Origin: Deltaproteobacteria bacterium | GTDB taxonomy: Bacteria > Desulfobacterota > Desulfobacteria > Desulfobacterales > UBA11574 | Direction: 5' to 3' | Length of the DNA stretch: 52,036 nt | NCBI GenBank assembly: GCA_019308685.1 | Contig: JAFDHQ010000002.1 | Location: 1 to 52,036, forward strand | Part shown: piece after piece, positions 6,689 to 16,795 of the stretch | Layout of the letters: each line of letters begins with the position of its first letter | Numbering within the stretch: position 1 is the first letter of the stretch | Notes under the pieces: generated by a model | Database searches by the model: none | Seen by the model: the letters and a program-made list of their open reading frames with translations, nothing else | Told to the model about the DNA's origin: nothing | Translations under genes and position numbers: made by a program

Positions 6689-9340
6689 ATGACCGACCTT
6701 TTAAAAACCGTATTCTATGACCGGCACGTGGAATTGGGCGCTAAGATGGTGGAATTTTTTGGCTGGGAGATGCCCATGTTTTACCCCACCGGCATCGTTA
6801 AAGAACACCTGGCCACCCGTAAACATGCAGGACTTTTTGACGTTTCCCACATGGGACGATTCATTATTCGAGGTTCCGGGGCGTTGAAGTTTCTGCAACA
6901 CGTTTTGAGCAACAATGCTGAAGCACTCGATATCAGAGAGATAGGTGCTCAGTATACCTTTATTCCCAACAACACCGGCGGGGCTGTGGATGATGCGTAT
7001 CTCTATCGCTTTGTCGAAGACGAGTATCTGCTGGTAGTCAATGGTGTTAACCGGGAAAAGGACTGGAATCACTTCCAGGCGCTTTTAAAAGATTTCGATC
7101 ATGTAGAACTGACCGACCGCACCAAAGAGATTGCCATGCTATCGCTGCAAGGGCCCAAATCGCGCGAGATTCTCGAAGAAATTATCCAGTCCGGTCTGCT
7201 CCCGGAGCCAACGCGAAATGCCGTAAGCATTGTGACCATCTCCGGTGTCGCGGTCAAGGTTGCCCGCACCGGTTATACGGGTGAACCGGTCTGTTTTGAA
7301 CTCTTTGCCGATGGAGAGGACGGTCCCATGCTGTGGGACCGTATCGTGGAAAAAGGAGCAACCCCCATTGGTCTTGGTGCAAGGGATACCCTCCGGCTGG
7401 AAGCTGCCTTGCCACTGTATGGCCATGAGCTGGGCCAAGACCCCGAAGGTAAGGAAATTCCTGTATTTGCCTGTCCCCTGTCAAAATTCGCTGTAAGTTT
7501 TTCGCCGCTGAAAGGTGAATTCCTTGGCCGTGAGGCACTGGCCAGGCAGCACGAGGCATTTAAAAAAATCATCTCCCGCGATTATTCAATCATCCAGGAT
7601 TTGCCCCGGGTGAGCAAGCCCATTGCCGTTGCGGGTCGAGGCGTGGCCCGTGAAGGGGCAAAGGTGTTTAAAGGCGATAAACATGTGGGTTATGTTACCA
7701 GCGGCACCATGATTCCCATGTGGGCTGTCCAGGGAGAAGGTCTGGGTTCGGCACAGACCGAACAACATCAGTTGCGTTCAATCTGCCTGGGATACATCGA
7801 CAGTGACATTGTTGAGGACGAGAGACTCGCCATTGAAATTCGCGGCAAGTCGGTGGATGCTGTTGTGGTGCCGTTTCATCTACGTTCCGAGGCCCCGCCA
7901 TACTCACGCCCGATTATCTTCGATCAACAACTGCCGGATGAGGAACTTCCCACAGACGAGGCACCGATCAAGGTTCTCAGACTGCTTGAAAAGAGCATGG
8001 AGAACACGCAATGGCGGCAGCGAGAGTGTATCAACCTCATCCCTTCGGAGATGACAATTTCCCCCATGGCCCGGCTGTTGTCAGTGATGGACCCTGCCTT
8101 CCGATACGCCGAACACAAGAAGGTGAAGGCATTTTACGACGCCGATATATTTTACTATCAGGGCACCGAATTTATCTCCGAAGTCGAACAAATGCTGGAT
8201 GAGGAAATGCGAAAATTCATGGGGTGTAATAACGTAGAAACGCGTCTTGTCAGCGGTCAAATGGCCAATACCGCTGTTTTTAGCGCCATGGTCGACTACA
8301 TCAATCGCTCGGATCGTAAGATCGAGCCGCGCCGGATGCGCCGGGTGATGAACAACCACATCGGCAAGGGTGGACATCTCAGCGCCCAGCCCATGGGCGC
8401 GCTGAAAGACTACGTTGCACGGGACCCGCGCACGGAACGTCCGGCAGTGGTTAATTTTCCGGTACTGCCCGATAACCGTCATAAGATCGATGTTCCGACC
8501 ACGTTGAAATTGATTGATGAATATCGGCCGGAGTTGATCATTTTTGGCAAAAGCATGGTCATTCACAAGGAGCCGGTGGCGGAGATTCGACAGTTCCTGG
8601 ATGCCCAGGGGATCGACGCGGTGGTAATGTACGATATGGCCCACGTGCTGGGACTCATCGGCCCTCATTTTCAGGAGCCGTTTGTCGAAGGTGCTGATAT
8701 TGTTACCGGATCGACGCACAAAACGTACTTTGGCACACAGCGCGGTGTTGTGGGCAGCCGCTATCAGGAAGACGAAGAGCGCTATGAGCTTTGGGAGGCT
8801 CTGTTGCGGCGGACCTTCCCCGGGTCGGTTTCCAGCCATCATCCCGGCACATTGCTGGGGCTGCTTATGGCCGCTTACGAAATGAATCATTTCAAGGACG
8901 AATATCAGTCCAGAGTTGTGGCCAATGCCAAGGCATTTGCTCGGGGGTTGAAAGACTGTGGACTCGATGTGATCGGTGATCCGAGTATTGATTTCACCGA
9001 AACCCACCAGGTTTTGATAGATGTGGGTTACAGCCGTGGTCCGGAAATCGCCAGTCGGCTGGAAGCCAACAACATCATTTGTAATTTCCAGGCCAATACC
9101 GATGAAGAAGGGTTTACCGCCTCGGGCGCTCTTCGAACGGGTGTATCCGAGATGACTCGATTCGGCATGCAAGAAGAAGATTTCCATGACTTGGCCGTGT
9201 TGGTCCATGACGTGGTGAAGAAAAATAGCGATGTCAGTGATAAGGTCAAGAAACTTCGGGAACGGTTTGGCAAGTTGCAGTTTTGTTTTCGTGGCGACGA
9301 GTATAATGACGTGCTTCAGAAACTTCATGAACTGCTGTAA
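6689..9340 (+). CDS. gcvT: Fusion protein: aminomethyltransferase (GcvT) N-terminal half plus a serine hydroxymethyltransferase-like PLP domain in the C-terminal half
   Basis: The N-half has HAGLFDVSHMGRF, ISRTGYTGE-like ARTGYTGEP and ARDTLRLEAALPLYGHEL. The C-half has INLIPSEMTISP, VSGQMANTAV and GSTHKTYFGTQRG (compare SHMT TTTHKTLRGPRGG). RBS AAAGGAGA lies upstream of the ATG at 6689. Confidence 0.85.
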   Translation: MTDLLKTVFYDRHVELGAKMVEFFGWEMPMFYPTGIVKEHLATRKHAGLFDVSHMGRFIIRGSGALKFLQHVLSNNAEALDIREIGAQYTFIPNNTGGAVDDAYLYRFVEDEYLLVVNGVNREKDWNHFQALLKDFDHVELTDRTKEIAMLSLQGPKSREILEEIIQSGLLPEPTRNAVSIVTISGVAVKVARTGYTGEPVCFELFADGEDGPMLWDRIVEKGATPIGLGARDTLRLEAALPLYGHELGQDPEGKEIPVFACPLSKFAVSFSPLKGEFLGREALARQHEAFKKIISRDYSIIQDLPRVSKPIAVAGRGVAREGAKVFKGDKHVGYVTSGTMIPMWAVQGEGLGSAQTEQHQLRSICLGYIDSDIVEDERLAIEIRGKSVDAVVVPFHLRSEAPPYSRPIIFDQQLPDEELPTDEAPIKVLRLLEKSMENTQWRQRECINLIPSEMTISPMARLLSVMDPAFRYAEHKKVKAFYDADIFYYQGTEFISEVEQMLDEEMRKFMGCNNVETRLVSGQMANTAVFSAMVDYINRSDRKIEPRRMRRVMNNHIGKGGHLSAQPMGALKDYVARDPRTERPAVVNFPVLPDNRHKIDVPTTLKLIDEYRPELIIFGKSMVIHKEPVAEIRQFLDAQGIDAVVMYDMAHVLGLIGPHFQEPFVEGADIVTGSTHKTYFGTQRGVVGSRYQEDEERYELWEALLRRTFPGSVSSHHPGTLLGLLMAAYEMNHFKDEYQSRVVANAKAFARGLKDCGLDVIGDPSIDFTETHQVLIDVGYSRGPEIASRLEANNIICNFQANTDEEGFTASGALRTGVSEMTRFGMQEEDFHDLAVLVHDVVKKNSDVSDKVKKLRERFGKLQFCFRGDEYNDVLQKLHELL

Positions 9341-9405
9341 AGAAACCGAGGAATGAAAAGATACGTCAGATATTGTCATGTTACAGAACCGATAGAGGTG
9401 AATCA

Positions 9406-9747
9406 ATGAATGACAGCAAGTCTGTTGGGCCTATAAATGACCTTGAGTATCTGGAAGAATTGCTTGATCAGGGATATGTGATTAAGGGCCCTAGAAAAGA
9501 CCCCTCAAGAGATTTGATGTCATTCAAAGCATTTTTGAAAAAGGGAAAGGAATTTGCCCCCGAAGGCTGGCTGTCACATATGGGATATGAATTCGTAGAA
9601 CCGAGTATATTTACGAAAGGGCATAAAATTGCTTATAAAATAATTGATGAATTTCCAGATGAACGATTCAATTCAAATTATACGCTGGTCAAAGGGGAGA
9701 AAGAATTTCCTTTATATTTGAAAGTAGAAATATCCAATGCAAAATAA
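9406..9747 (+). CDS. Hypothetical protein (113 aa)
   Basis: ATG at 9406 is preceded by AGAGGTGA. No recognisable family. Confidence 0.45.
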   Translation: MNDSKSVGPINDLEYLEELLDQGYVIKGPRKDPSRDLMSFKAFLKKGKEFAPEGWLSHMGYEFVEPSIFTKGHKIAYKIIDEFPDERFNSNYTLVKGEKEFPLYLKVEISNAK

Positions 9748-9921
9748 AGCAGGTGTTTTGAATAGGAAAATCCGCGAAGAATATTTTGATCCGTCAAAGA
9801 AATATTGTTTTATTGAAAAAGCTACTCCTATGTGCTACTAAGCTGAATAAAATAGGCGAATCGAGACTCGTTATTTCTATTTAATTCAAAATGTTAATGA
9901 GATTAGAACAAGGAGGTAACC

Positions 9922-11094
9922 ATGCGGAAGGTTTTGTTGTTGTTGGTTTCATGTTTGGTGATCGGCTTAATCTTATCTCCATGTGTATGGAGTAAGACAA
10001 AGATAATCAAGGTTGGCATCAATGCTCCCCTGACCGGAGATATACCCAAGGTGGGTGAAGGAACAAAGTATGCGGCACAGATGTGGCTTGAAGACATTAA
10101 ATCTGCAGGCGGCCTTGAGGTCGGGGGAAAGAAGTACCCGGTAGAACTTGTCATTGAAGACAATGAATCCAAAGCGGAATCGGCAGTAAAGGTCAATACC
10201 AAAATGATTACCCAGGACGAAGTGATGGTCATTGTCGGGCCTCAGGCATCAAGCCAGGCCATACCTGCCGGTGAGGTGGCTAACAACTATAAAACGCCTA
10301 TGATTAGTCCATGGTCCACAAATCCAGATACCACCAAAAACCGCCCGTTTGTCTTTCGGGGTTGCTTCCTTGACCCCTTCCAGGGGCCGGTGGCGGCCAA
10401 TTTTATTAAAGAGGAGTTTGGATTTACCAAAGCCGCTGTTTTGTATGATGTCGCCAGTGACTACCCCAAGGGACTTGCCGAGTTTTTTAAAAAGGCCTGG
10501 GAAAAAGCAAACGGCGCCGGTTCCGTGGTGGCCTTTGAAAGCTTTACCACCAAAGACGTGGACTTCAGCTCTCAGTTGACGAAAATCATCAAATCAGGTG
10601 CCGAGGTTTTATTTACCCCCCAGTACTATAACGAGGTGGCCTTAATCGTGCAACAGGCCCATGAATTAGGATGGAACAAACCTATTACGGGTAGCGACAG
10701 CTGGGGTTCTGCAGAGACGGTAGAGCTTTGCGGTAAAGACTGTTACGGGCTCTTCTTCAGTACACACTACGCCGCTGCCGGGGCTAAGGGCGCAACCAAG
10801 GCCTTTATTGATCGATACAATAAAAAGTATGGTTACGTGCCAGACGATGTGGGCGCCTTGACATGGGATGCCCTGCAAATCGTTCAAAAAGCCATTCAAT
10901 CTTACGGCAAAATTACCGGGAATGTAGAGAAAGACCGTAAGGGTATCCGCGATGCACTGGCCAACATTAAGGAATTTGACGGTATCACGGGTAAGATGAC
11001 CTTTACAGAGGACGGCGATCCCATTAAATGTGCCGTTATCGTTAGGATCAGCGAAAAAGGCGAGTACGAATTTTATAAATCCGTTTGTCCGTAA
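9922..11094 (+). CDS. Branched-chain/hydrophobic amino-acid ABC transporter substrate-binding protein (LivJ/K family)
   Basis: N-terminal signal peptide (LLLLVSCLVIGLILSPCVWS), INAPLTGD and typical type-I PBP length. It is followed by livHMGF-type genes. RBS AAGGAGG. Confidence 0.85.
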   Translation: MRKVLLLLVSCLVIGLILSPCVWSKTKIIKVGINAPLTGDIPKVGEGTKYAAQMWLEDIKSAGGLEVGGKKYPVELVIEDNESKAESAVKVNTKMITQDEVMVIVGPQASSQAIPAGEVANNYKTPMISPWSTNPDTTKNRPFVFRGCFLDPFQGPVAANFIKEEFGFTKAAVLYDVASDYPKGLAEFFKKAWEKANGAGSVVAFESFTTKDVDFSSQLTKIIKSGAEVLFTPQYYNEVALIVQQAHELGWNKPITGSDSWGSAETVELCGKDCYGLFFSTHYAAAGAKGATKAFIDRYNKKYGYVPDDVGALTWDALQIVQKAIQSYGKITGNVEKDRKGIRDALANIKEFDGITGKMTFTEDGDPIKCAVIVRISEKGEYEFYKSVCP

Positions 11095-11182
11095 GAATAA
11101 AGGATTGGATGCATTGTATTATATCCAAACGGTTGCAGTCCGCTAAAACGTTAGTTCATTTAAAATGAGAAACCGTACAAAT

Positions 11183-11221
11183 AAGGCGGGCCAGGGCTTT
11201 TAGCTCTGCGCCCGCCTTTTT
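11183..11221 (+). terminator. Rho-independent terminator or attenuator after the binding-protein gene
   Basis: AAGGCGGGC (11183-11191) pairs with GCCCGCCTT (11209-11217) and is followed by a T run. Confidence 0.65.
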
Positions 11222-11243
11222 GAGTGACTTGGGATCGAATTAA

Positions 11244-12167
11244 ATGGTATTTTTCTTTCAAAACCTGATAAACGCATTGCAATGGGGCAGCTTTTACGCA
11301 TTGATAGCGCTGGGGTACTCCATGGTCTACGGTATCCTGATGCTTTTTAACTTTGCTCACGGCGATATTTTCATGGTCGGAGCTTATATCGGTTTTGGTG
11401 TTGCAACCGGAATAGCAGCGCTGGCTTCATTGGGTGCTATTGTTCTCCCTAACTGGTTGATCTTGGTTTTGACTATTATTATCTCCATGTTCTTGACATC
11501 CTTTGTTGGCATACTGGTAGAAAGACTTGGCTATCGGCCCTTGCGGGAAGCACCACGAGCTTCGGCGGCAATAACCGGTTTGATGATCGGTATTATACTG
11601 GAGACGGGGAACCTGGCTCTTCTTGGTGCAAGAAGGGTAAGATTTCCGTCATTAATCGAATCTGCGACTTATAACATTGGCGGGGTTTATGTTACCAACA
11701 AGAAAATCATGATCGTTGGGGTTTCCTTGATGCTTATGCTTGCCTTGCACCAGTTTGTACGCAGGAGCAAGTATGGGATGGCCATGCGGGCCATGGCCTT
11801 TGACTATGTTGTGGTGCCGTTAATGGGCGTGCCGATTAACACCATTGCTGCCATGACTTTTGCTATCGGTTCGGCTCTGGCTGCCGCTGCCGGTATACTC
11901 TTTGGTATTGCTTATCCCGTTTTGGATCCTTACATGGGTATTGTATTCGGCTGGAAGGCTTTCGTAGCAGCGATTCTTGGGGGAAGGGGTTCTATTCTGG
12001 GGGCTACGCTTGCGGGCTTTCTGCTGGGCTTTATAGAGATATTCGTAGCGATGATATTTCCTTCGACGCTACGCGATTTTATCGCATATTCAATCATTTT
12101 GCTTATATTGACTTTCAGACCACACGGATTTTTCGGCGAACCTTACAGCGCACGTTTAAGACTTTAA
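11244..12167 (+). CDS. livH: Branched-chain amino-acid ABC transporter permease (LivH type)
   Basis: 307-aa polytopic membrane protein beginning FFQNLINALQWGSFYALIALGYSMVYG, the typical LivH N-terminus. Confidence 0.85.
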   Translation: MVFFFQNLINALQWGSFYALIALGYSMVYGILMLFNFAHGDIFMVGAYIGFGVATGIAALASLGAIVLPNWLILVLTIIISMFLTSFVGILVERLGYRPLREAPRASAAITGLMIGIILETGNLALLGARRVRFPSLIESATYNIGGVYVTNKKIMIVGVSLMLMLALHQFVRRSKYGMAMRAMAFDYVVVPLMGVPINTIAAMTFAIGSALAAAAGILFGIAYPVLDPYMGIVFGWKAFVAAILGGRGSILGATLAGFLLGFIEIFVAMIFPSTLRDFIAYSIILLILTFRPHGFFGEPYSARLRL

Positions 12168-12268
12168 CCTTAGTTAAACTAGAGGGTGAAAGAACAGGCG
12201 GCTAAATGTGTTGCTGATTACAATCTCGCCAAGAGCGGGATAGAATTTCCGAGACATAAAATAACGAC

Positions 12269-13558
12269 ATGAGTGAAGAAAACGGCAAATTATCTGGATT
12301 CATGAGGATGTTGAGTCGAAGAATATGGGATTCATTTTTTCGGGTCCCCCTACTCGGATGGCTTATTGGCATTCTGATTGCTGTGATGCTTGAACACCTT
12401 TTGGGTGATTCGCTGGTCGATGTGTTAGGTCTTTCTAAAATACCAGCTCTTTTTGGTTTTGTTATAATACTTAAAAACCCCATTCTGATGCCCGGTGCAA
12501 CCCTTTACGTGCTGCTGATATATATAATACCCGTAAGCGCCGTTGCACGGATAAGCTCTTGGCCGGCAAACAAACTGGCAGCCAGGCTTCTCGATTTTCC
12601 AATATGGTTCAGTGTTGTAATACATCTTGGTCTATTTTATGCCGCATTGCATATGTGGTCCGAAATCAGTGCCTACCGTCTTCTTACGCTTAAGCTGACC
12701 TTGATTGCCATTATGGTTACCCTGAGCTTGAACGTCGTTAACGGTTACATGGGAGAGTTCTCCTGTTCGCACCCCGGATTCATGGCCCTGGGCGCCTATG
12801 CGGCTTCGGTAGTTACCGTCGTTCTTTTCGTTAATGATAGACTCTTTGGGCCCGCTCTACTTGCTCCGGCGTTTGGACCGTTTATATTCCCTGTTGCATT
12901 AGTAACAGGAGGTATGGTGGCTGCACTTGGAGCCCTGGCCATCGCTATTCCTTCTTTCAGGACACGAGGGGACTATCTGGCCATCATTTCCCTGGCATTT
13001 ATGTTTATCATTAAAAGTATGATCGAAAACCTGGAAGTTGTTGGAGGTCCTCGTGGGTTAAGCAGTCAGCCGGATTATGCCAACCTACCCATCGTTTTTT
13101 TTTGGACCATCGCCTGTATATGGATGACAAATAATTTTGTGCGATCAATTTTGGGAAAGGCCCTGAATGCGGTACGTGACGATGAGATGGCTGCAAATGC
13201 AATGACCGTAAACACCCGGCGCACAAAAATCATCGCCTTTCTATTCGCCGCTTTCTGGGCTGGCGTGGCCGGCGGACTTTTTGCTCATGTGCTCAGATAC
13301 GTTAATCCCGCAACTTTCGGGCTTCAAAAACTAGCTGAAGTCTTGGCAATGGTGTACTTTGGAGGGCTGAACTCTGTTTACGGATCGATTGTCGGCGCCG
13401 TGAGTCTAAGTCTTCTGGGAGAAGCGTTGCGGCCCCTGGAAATTTTTAAGTGGATTATTATTCCCCTTTTGCTTATTTTGGTGATGATTTATCGCCCAAC
13501 AGGACTTGTAGCATTTAAAGAGTTGAATGTCAGGAATCTCGTGAAACCGAAACAGTAA
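12269..13558 (+). CDS. livM: Branched-chain amino-acid ABC transporter permease (LivM type, extended N-terminus)
   Basis: Polytopic protein with LNVVNGYMGEFSCSHPGFMALGAY, GDYLAIISLAF and YRPTGL motifs. Confidence 0.85.
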   Translation: MSEENGKLSGFMRMLSRRIWDSFFRVPLLGWLIGILIAVMLEHLLGDSLVDVLGLSKIPALFGFVIILKNPILMPGATLYVLLIYIIPVSAVARISSWPANKLAARLLDFPIWFSVVIHLGLFYAALHMWSEISAYRLLTLKLTLIAIMVTLSLNVVNGYMGEFSCSHPGFMALGAYAASVVTVVLFVNDRLFGPALLAPAFGPFIFPVALVTGGMVAALGALAIAIPSFRTRGDYLAIISLAFMFIIKSMIENLEVVGGPRGLSSQPDYANLPIVFFWTIACIWMTNNFVRSILGKALNAVRDDEMAANAMTVNTRRTKIIAFLFAAFWAGVAGGLFAHVLRYVNPATFGLQKLAEVLAMVYFGGLNSVYGSIVGAVSLSLLGEALRPLEIFKWIIIPLLLILVMIYRPTGLVAFKELNVRNLVKPKQ

Positions 13559-13706
13559 ACCCTAACCCGGACACGCCCTGCCTTTTTTCGAACCGAGTGA
13601 GGCGGACAGTCCGGAAAAAATTACCACAAAGCCACAAAAAAACATTTTTTATAATTACATCTTCGTGTCTTGGCTGGCTTAGAAAGAAGAGGTTTAAAAA
13701 AGGATT

Positions 13707-14483
13707 GTGGCAATGCCTTTGCTTCAAGTTGAAAAAATGAGTCACGAGTTTGGCGGTTTGCGTGCGGTCAACAGTTATAATCTGGAAATCGAAGCAGGCC
13801 AGATCAGAGGTCTGATCGGGCCAAACGGAGCAGGCAAAACAACGATCTTTAATCTCATTACCGGTATATACAAACCTACCGAAGGTGATATCATCCTGGA
13901 CGGCAAAAAAATAACAGGGCTTCAACCCCACAGGATCGCCGCTTTTGGAATTGGCAGGACCTTTCAGAATCTTCAGTTGTGGCGGCATATGACCGTGGTT
14001 GAACATGTGAAACTGGCCCGTTATTCAAGGGTGGGCTATGGATTGATCGGGGCTTTTTTCGGTACGATGAAACGACAAAAACAAGAAGCAGATATAGAAG
14101 AGATGGCTCATAACCTTCTTAAGATGGTTGGCATCGATCATCTTTCGGATCAGGTGGTTACCAACTTGCCTTACGGCGATCAGAGAAGAGTGGAGATGGC
14201 GAGAGCCTTGTCCATGGAACCCAAGATATTGCTCCTGGATGAACCCACTGCCGGTATGAACCCGGAAGAACTGATACAGATGATGGAGATTATCCGTCGC
14301 GTTCATAAGGAGCTGGGTATGGCCATTTTTCTGATCGAGCACCGGTTGAAAGTGGTTATGGATCTGTGTCAGATGATTCAGACTTTGAATTTCGGGCATG
14401 TTATCGCCGAGGGAACGCCGGAAGAAATCCAGAATAACCCCAAAGTTATTGATGCATATCTGGGAAGGGAGTCGTTGGTTTGA
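13707..14483 (+). CDS. livG: ABC transporter ATP-binding protein (LivG type)
   Basis: Walker A GPNGAGKTT, signature LPYGDQRRVEMARAL and Walker B LLLDEP. Confidence 0.9.
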   Translation: MAMPLLQVEKMSHEFGGLRAVNSYNLEIEAGQIRGLIGPNGAGKTTIFNLITGIYKPTEGDIILDGKKITGLQPHRIAAFGIGRTFQNLQLWRHMTVVEHVKLARYSRVGYGLIGAFFGTMKRQKQEADIEEMAHNLLKMVGIDHLSDQVVTNLPYGDQRRVEMARALSMEPKILLLDEPTAGMNPEELIQMMEIIRRVHKELGMAIFLIEHRLKVVMDLCQMIQTLNFGHVIAEGTPEEIQNNPKVIDAYLGRESLV

Positions 14484-15196
14484 TGCTGTTATCCGTGGAA
14501 AATCTGCGAGTTTCCTATGACAAAATTAGAGCCCTTCACAACATAGGCTTTAATATTAACGAAGGGGAAATCGTTTGTATTATCGGCGCCAATGGGGCCG
14601 GGAAGAGCACAACCCTGCGAGCCATTTCCCGGTTGGTTCCGGTTGAGGCCGGAACCAAAATGACCTTTATGGGGAAAGATTTGCTGCAATATCCCGCTGA
14701 CAAGGTGGTCAGCAAGCTTGGCATTTCCCATGTACCTGAGGGAAGACGGTTGTTCGGCAACCTGACAATCATGGAGAATCTCAGGTTAGCCTGTTTTGCA
14801 AGAAGTGACAGAGATAAAATCGAAGAGGACCTTAACCGGATTTTCATGATTTTCCCGCGCCTTGAAGAGCGAAAATTACAGAAAGCCGGAACCTTGAGCG
14901 GCGGTGAACAGCAGATGCTTGCCATCGGCAGGGCCTTTATGAGCGGAAGGAAGATTATGCTCTTAGACGAACCCTCCATGGGACTGGCCCCTTTGTTGAT
15001 GCTAAGCATGTTCGATGCACTTAAGGAACTAAATCAGGAAGGAACGACCATTCTTCTCGTCGAACAGAATGCCCGTATGGCGCTTCAATTTGCTCAACGA
15101 GGCTATGTTCTGGAGAGCGGAAATCTTGTGCTGGAAGGAAGTTCTGAAGCGCTTCTCGACAATCCGGAAGTCAAAAATGCCTATTTGGGCGGATGA
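14480..15196 (+). CDS. livF: ABC transporter ATP-binding protein (LivF type)
   Basis: Walker A GANGAGKST, signature LSGGEQQMLAIGRA and MLLDEPS. 4-nt overlap with livG. Confidence 0.9.
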   Translation: MMLLSVENLRVSYDKIRALHNIGFNINEGEIVCIIGANGAGKSTTLRAISRLVPVEAGTKMTFMGKDLLQYPADKVVSKLGISHVPEGRRLFGNLTIMENLRLACFARSDRDKIEEDLNRIFMIFPRLEERKLQKAGTLSGGEQQMLAIGRAFMSGRKIMLLDEPSMGLAPLLMLSMFDALKELNQEGTTILLVEQNARMALQFAQRGYVLESGNLVLEGSSEALLDNPEVKNAYLGG

Positions 15197-15250
15197 TTTG
15201 CCCTAAAAAATTTAGTGCGTTGGACAAGGTCAAAGATAGATGGCTTTGCT

Positions 15251-15330
15251 TTTGGGTTTTGTGTCTAAAATCACAAATTCCAAGCACCCCGCCAAAAGAA
15301 CGGCGGGCAGGCAAATTACAAATTAAAGAA
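15251..15330. repeat. Another copy of the CACAAATTCCAA-type intergenic repeat, with an embedded GC hairpin
   Basis: AAATCACAAATTCCAAGCA (15268-15286) is followed by the hairpin CCCGCC/GGCGGG (15288-15307) and CAAATTACAAATT. Confidence 0.6.
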
Positions 15331-15379
15331 TATTATATGATTCCGGTTTGTCCGGGTTAAGTAACTATAAGGGGGCTTT

Positions 15380-16417
15380 ATGATACGAGTCGGTGTGATT
15401 GGTGCAACCGGATACGCCGGTGCCGAGCTTGTGCGGATACTCTGCGGTCATCCAAATATTGAGTTAACCATCCTGACTTCCCGCCAGTACGCCGGCGTCA
15501 AGTTTGACACGGTCTATCCGTCAATGAGAGGGGCTACCGGCCTTATTTGCGAAGAACTGTCTGTGGATACGGTTTGTGACAAGGCCGATGTTGTATTTAC
15601 GGCACTTCCACACAAACTTCCCATGAAGTTTGTGCCCGAACTTATTGGGCGGGGAAAGAAGGTCATTGACCTTTCCGCTGATTTCAGATTCAAGGATCAG
15701 GCAACATATGAGTCTTTCTACCAACCCCATACTGCCGGAGATTTAATTGAAAAATCGGTTTACGGACTTTGTGAAATCTATTTTGACACCATAAAAAATG
15801 CAGTTCTGATCGGTTCCCCGGGCTGTTATCCCACCGGTGTGCTTTTGCCCCTGGTGCCGTTATTGAAGAGAAAGTTAATCGATATCGACACCATTATTGC
15901 AGATTCAAAATCAGGGGTCAGCGGCGCCGGCCGAGGACTGTCGCTGGCCACGCATTTTTGCGAAGTCAACGAGTCGTTCAGGGCTTACAAGATTGCAGAG
16001 CACAGACATAATCCGGAGATGGAAGAAGTGCTGAGCCGGGAAGCAGGATCCCCGGTTAAAATTTCATTTGTTCCACATCTTGTTCCCATGACCCGTGGCA
16101 TACTGACGACGATATATGCCAACCCGGTTAAGAAGATACGTTCAGAAGAGATTCAAAATTGTTTGGCCTCTTTTTATTCCAGCTGTCCTTTTATCCGAAT
16201 ATGTCCTGACAACCGGCCGCCGGATGTATTGCATGTTCGTGGAACCAATTATTGCGATCTGGGTTTTAAGCTGGATGAGCGTAATAATCGTCTTATCCTG
16301 ATTTCCGCCATTGATAACCTGGTGAAGGGTGCATCAGGACAGGCGGTTCAGAATATGAACATTATGCTCGGACTGGATGAAACCGCCGGCCTTATGATGG
16401 TTCCTTTTCCGCTGTAA
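15380..16417 (+). CDS. argC: N-acetyl-gamma-glutamyl-phosphate reductase
   Basis: N-terminal VGVIGATGYAGAEL, active-site PGCYPTG and C-terminal DNLVKGASGQAVQNMN. Confidence 0.93.
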   Translation: MIRVGVIGATGYAGAELVRILCGHPNIELTILTSRQYAGVKFDTVYPSMRGATGLICEELSVDTVCDKADVVFTALPHKLPMKFVPELIGRGKKVIDLSADFRFKDQATYESFYQPHTAGDLIEKSVYGLCEIYFDTIKNAVLIGSPGCYPTGVLLPLVPLLKRKLIDIDTIIADSKSGVSGAGRGLSLATHFCEVNESFRAYKIAEHRHNPEMEEVLSREAGSPVKISFVPHLVPMTRGILTTIYANPVKKIRSEEIQNCLASFYSSCPFIRICPDNRPPDVLHVRGTNYCDLGFKLDERNNRLILISAIDNLVKGASGQAVQNMNIMLGLDETAGLMMVPFPL

Positions 16418-16795
16418 GGGCCGAGATCTTAGAAGCTATCTCAAAAAAGTCTTTTTCCGCTGGTGCGTCTGGTTTTTGATCATGCATGTCAATAATTTGA
16501 CGGTTAACCTCTTCTCTCGATTTCCCCGCAGTTCCCGATCAAACCCTCCAAGTTTTGGTTCCTTATTAAAAAGGTTATATCTTATTGATATGATTTTGCT
16601 TAGTGATTTTCCAGGTTGAATTTACAAAAATTATTTCCAAATGGCATATATCATGCAGAGAACAGATGTTGAAGGCTCAAAAAGAAACCATTTTTACAAA
16701 ACATGTCATTTTATGGCTTGAAAACATTGATCCGTTTTACTCGTTTTCACTAGTACTCTATGAGAATAAACAGCCTGAAAAAAATAACTGCCAGA

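Noticed and set aside
8081-9406. 441-aa minus-strand ORF
   Set aside because: It lies entirely antisense to the well-supported GcvT-SHMT-like CDS. The product is low-complexity with no recognisable motifs, typical of a shadow ORF. The same reasoning applies to 13530..14006, 14536..15009, 24107..24661, 28085..28573 and 20774..21202.
9389-9408. Shared ATAGAGGTGA(A/T)TCAATG upstream of the 9406 and 45283 starts as a regulatory motif
   Set aside because: The 17/18-nt identity spans only the SD and start codon. Two occurrences are compatible with chance similarity of strong ribosome-binding sites.
13559-13706. Terminator or regulatory RNA in the 148-nt gap between livM and livG
   Set aside because: There is only an imperfect hairpin (CCGGAC..CGCC / GGCG..GTCCGG), followed by A rather than T runs, plus CACAAA-type repeat fragments. 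This is insufficient for a call.
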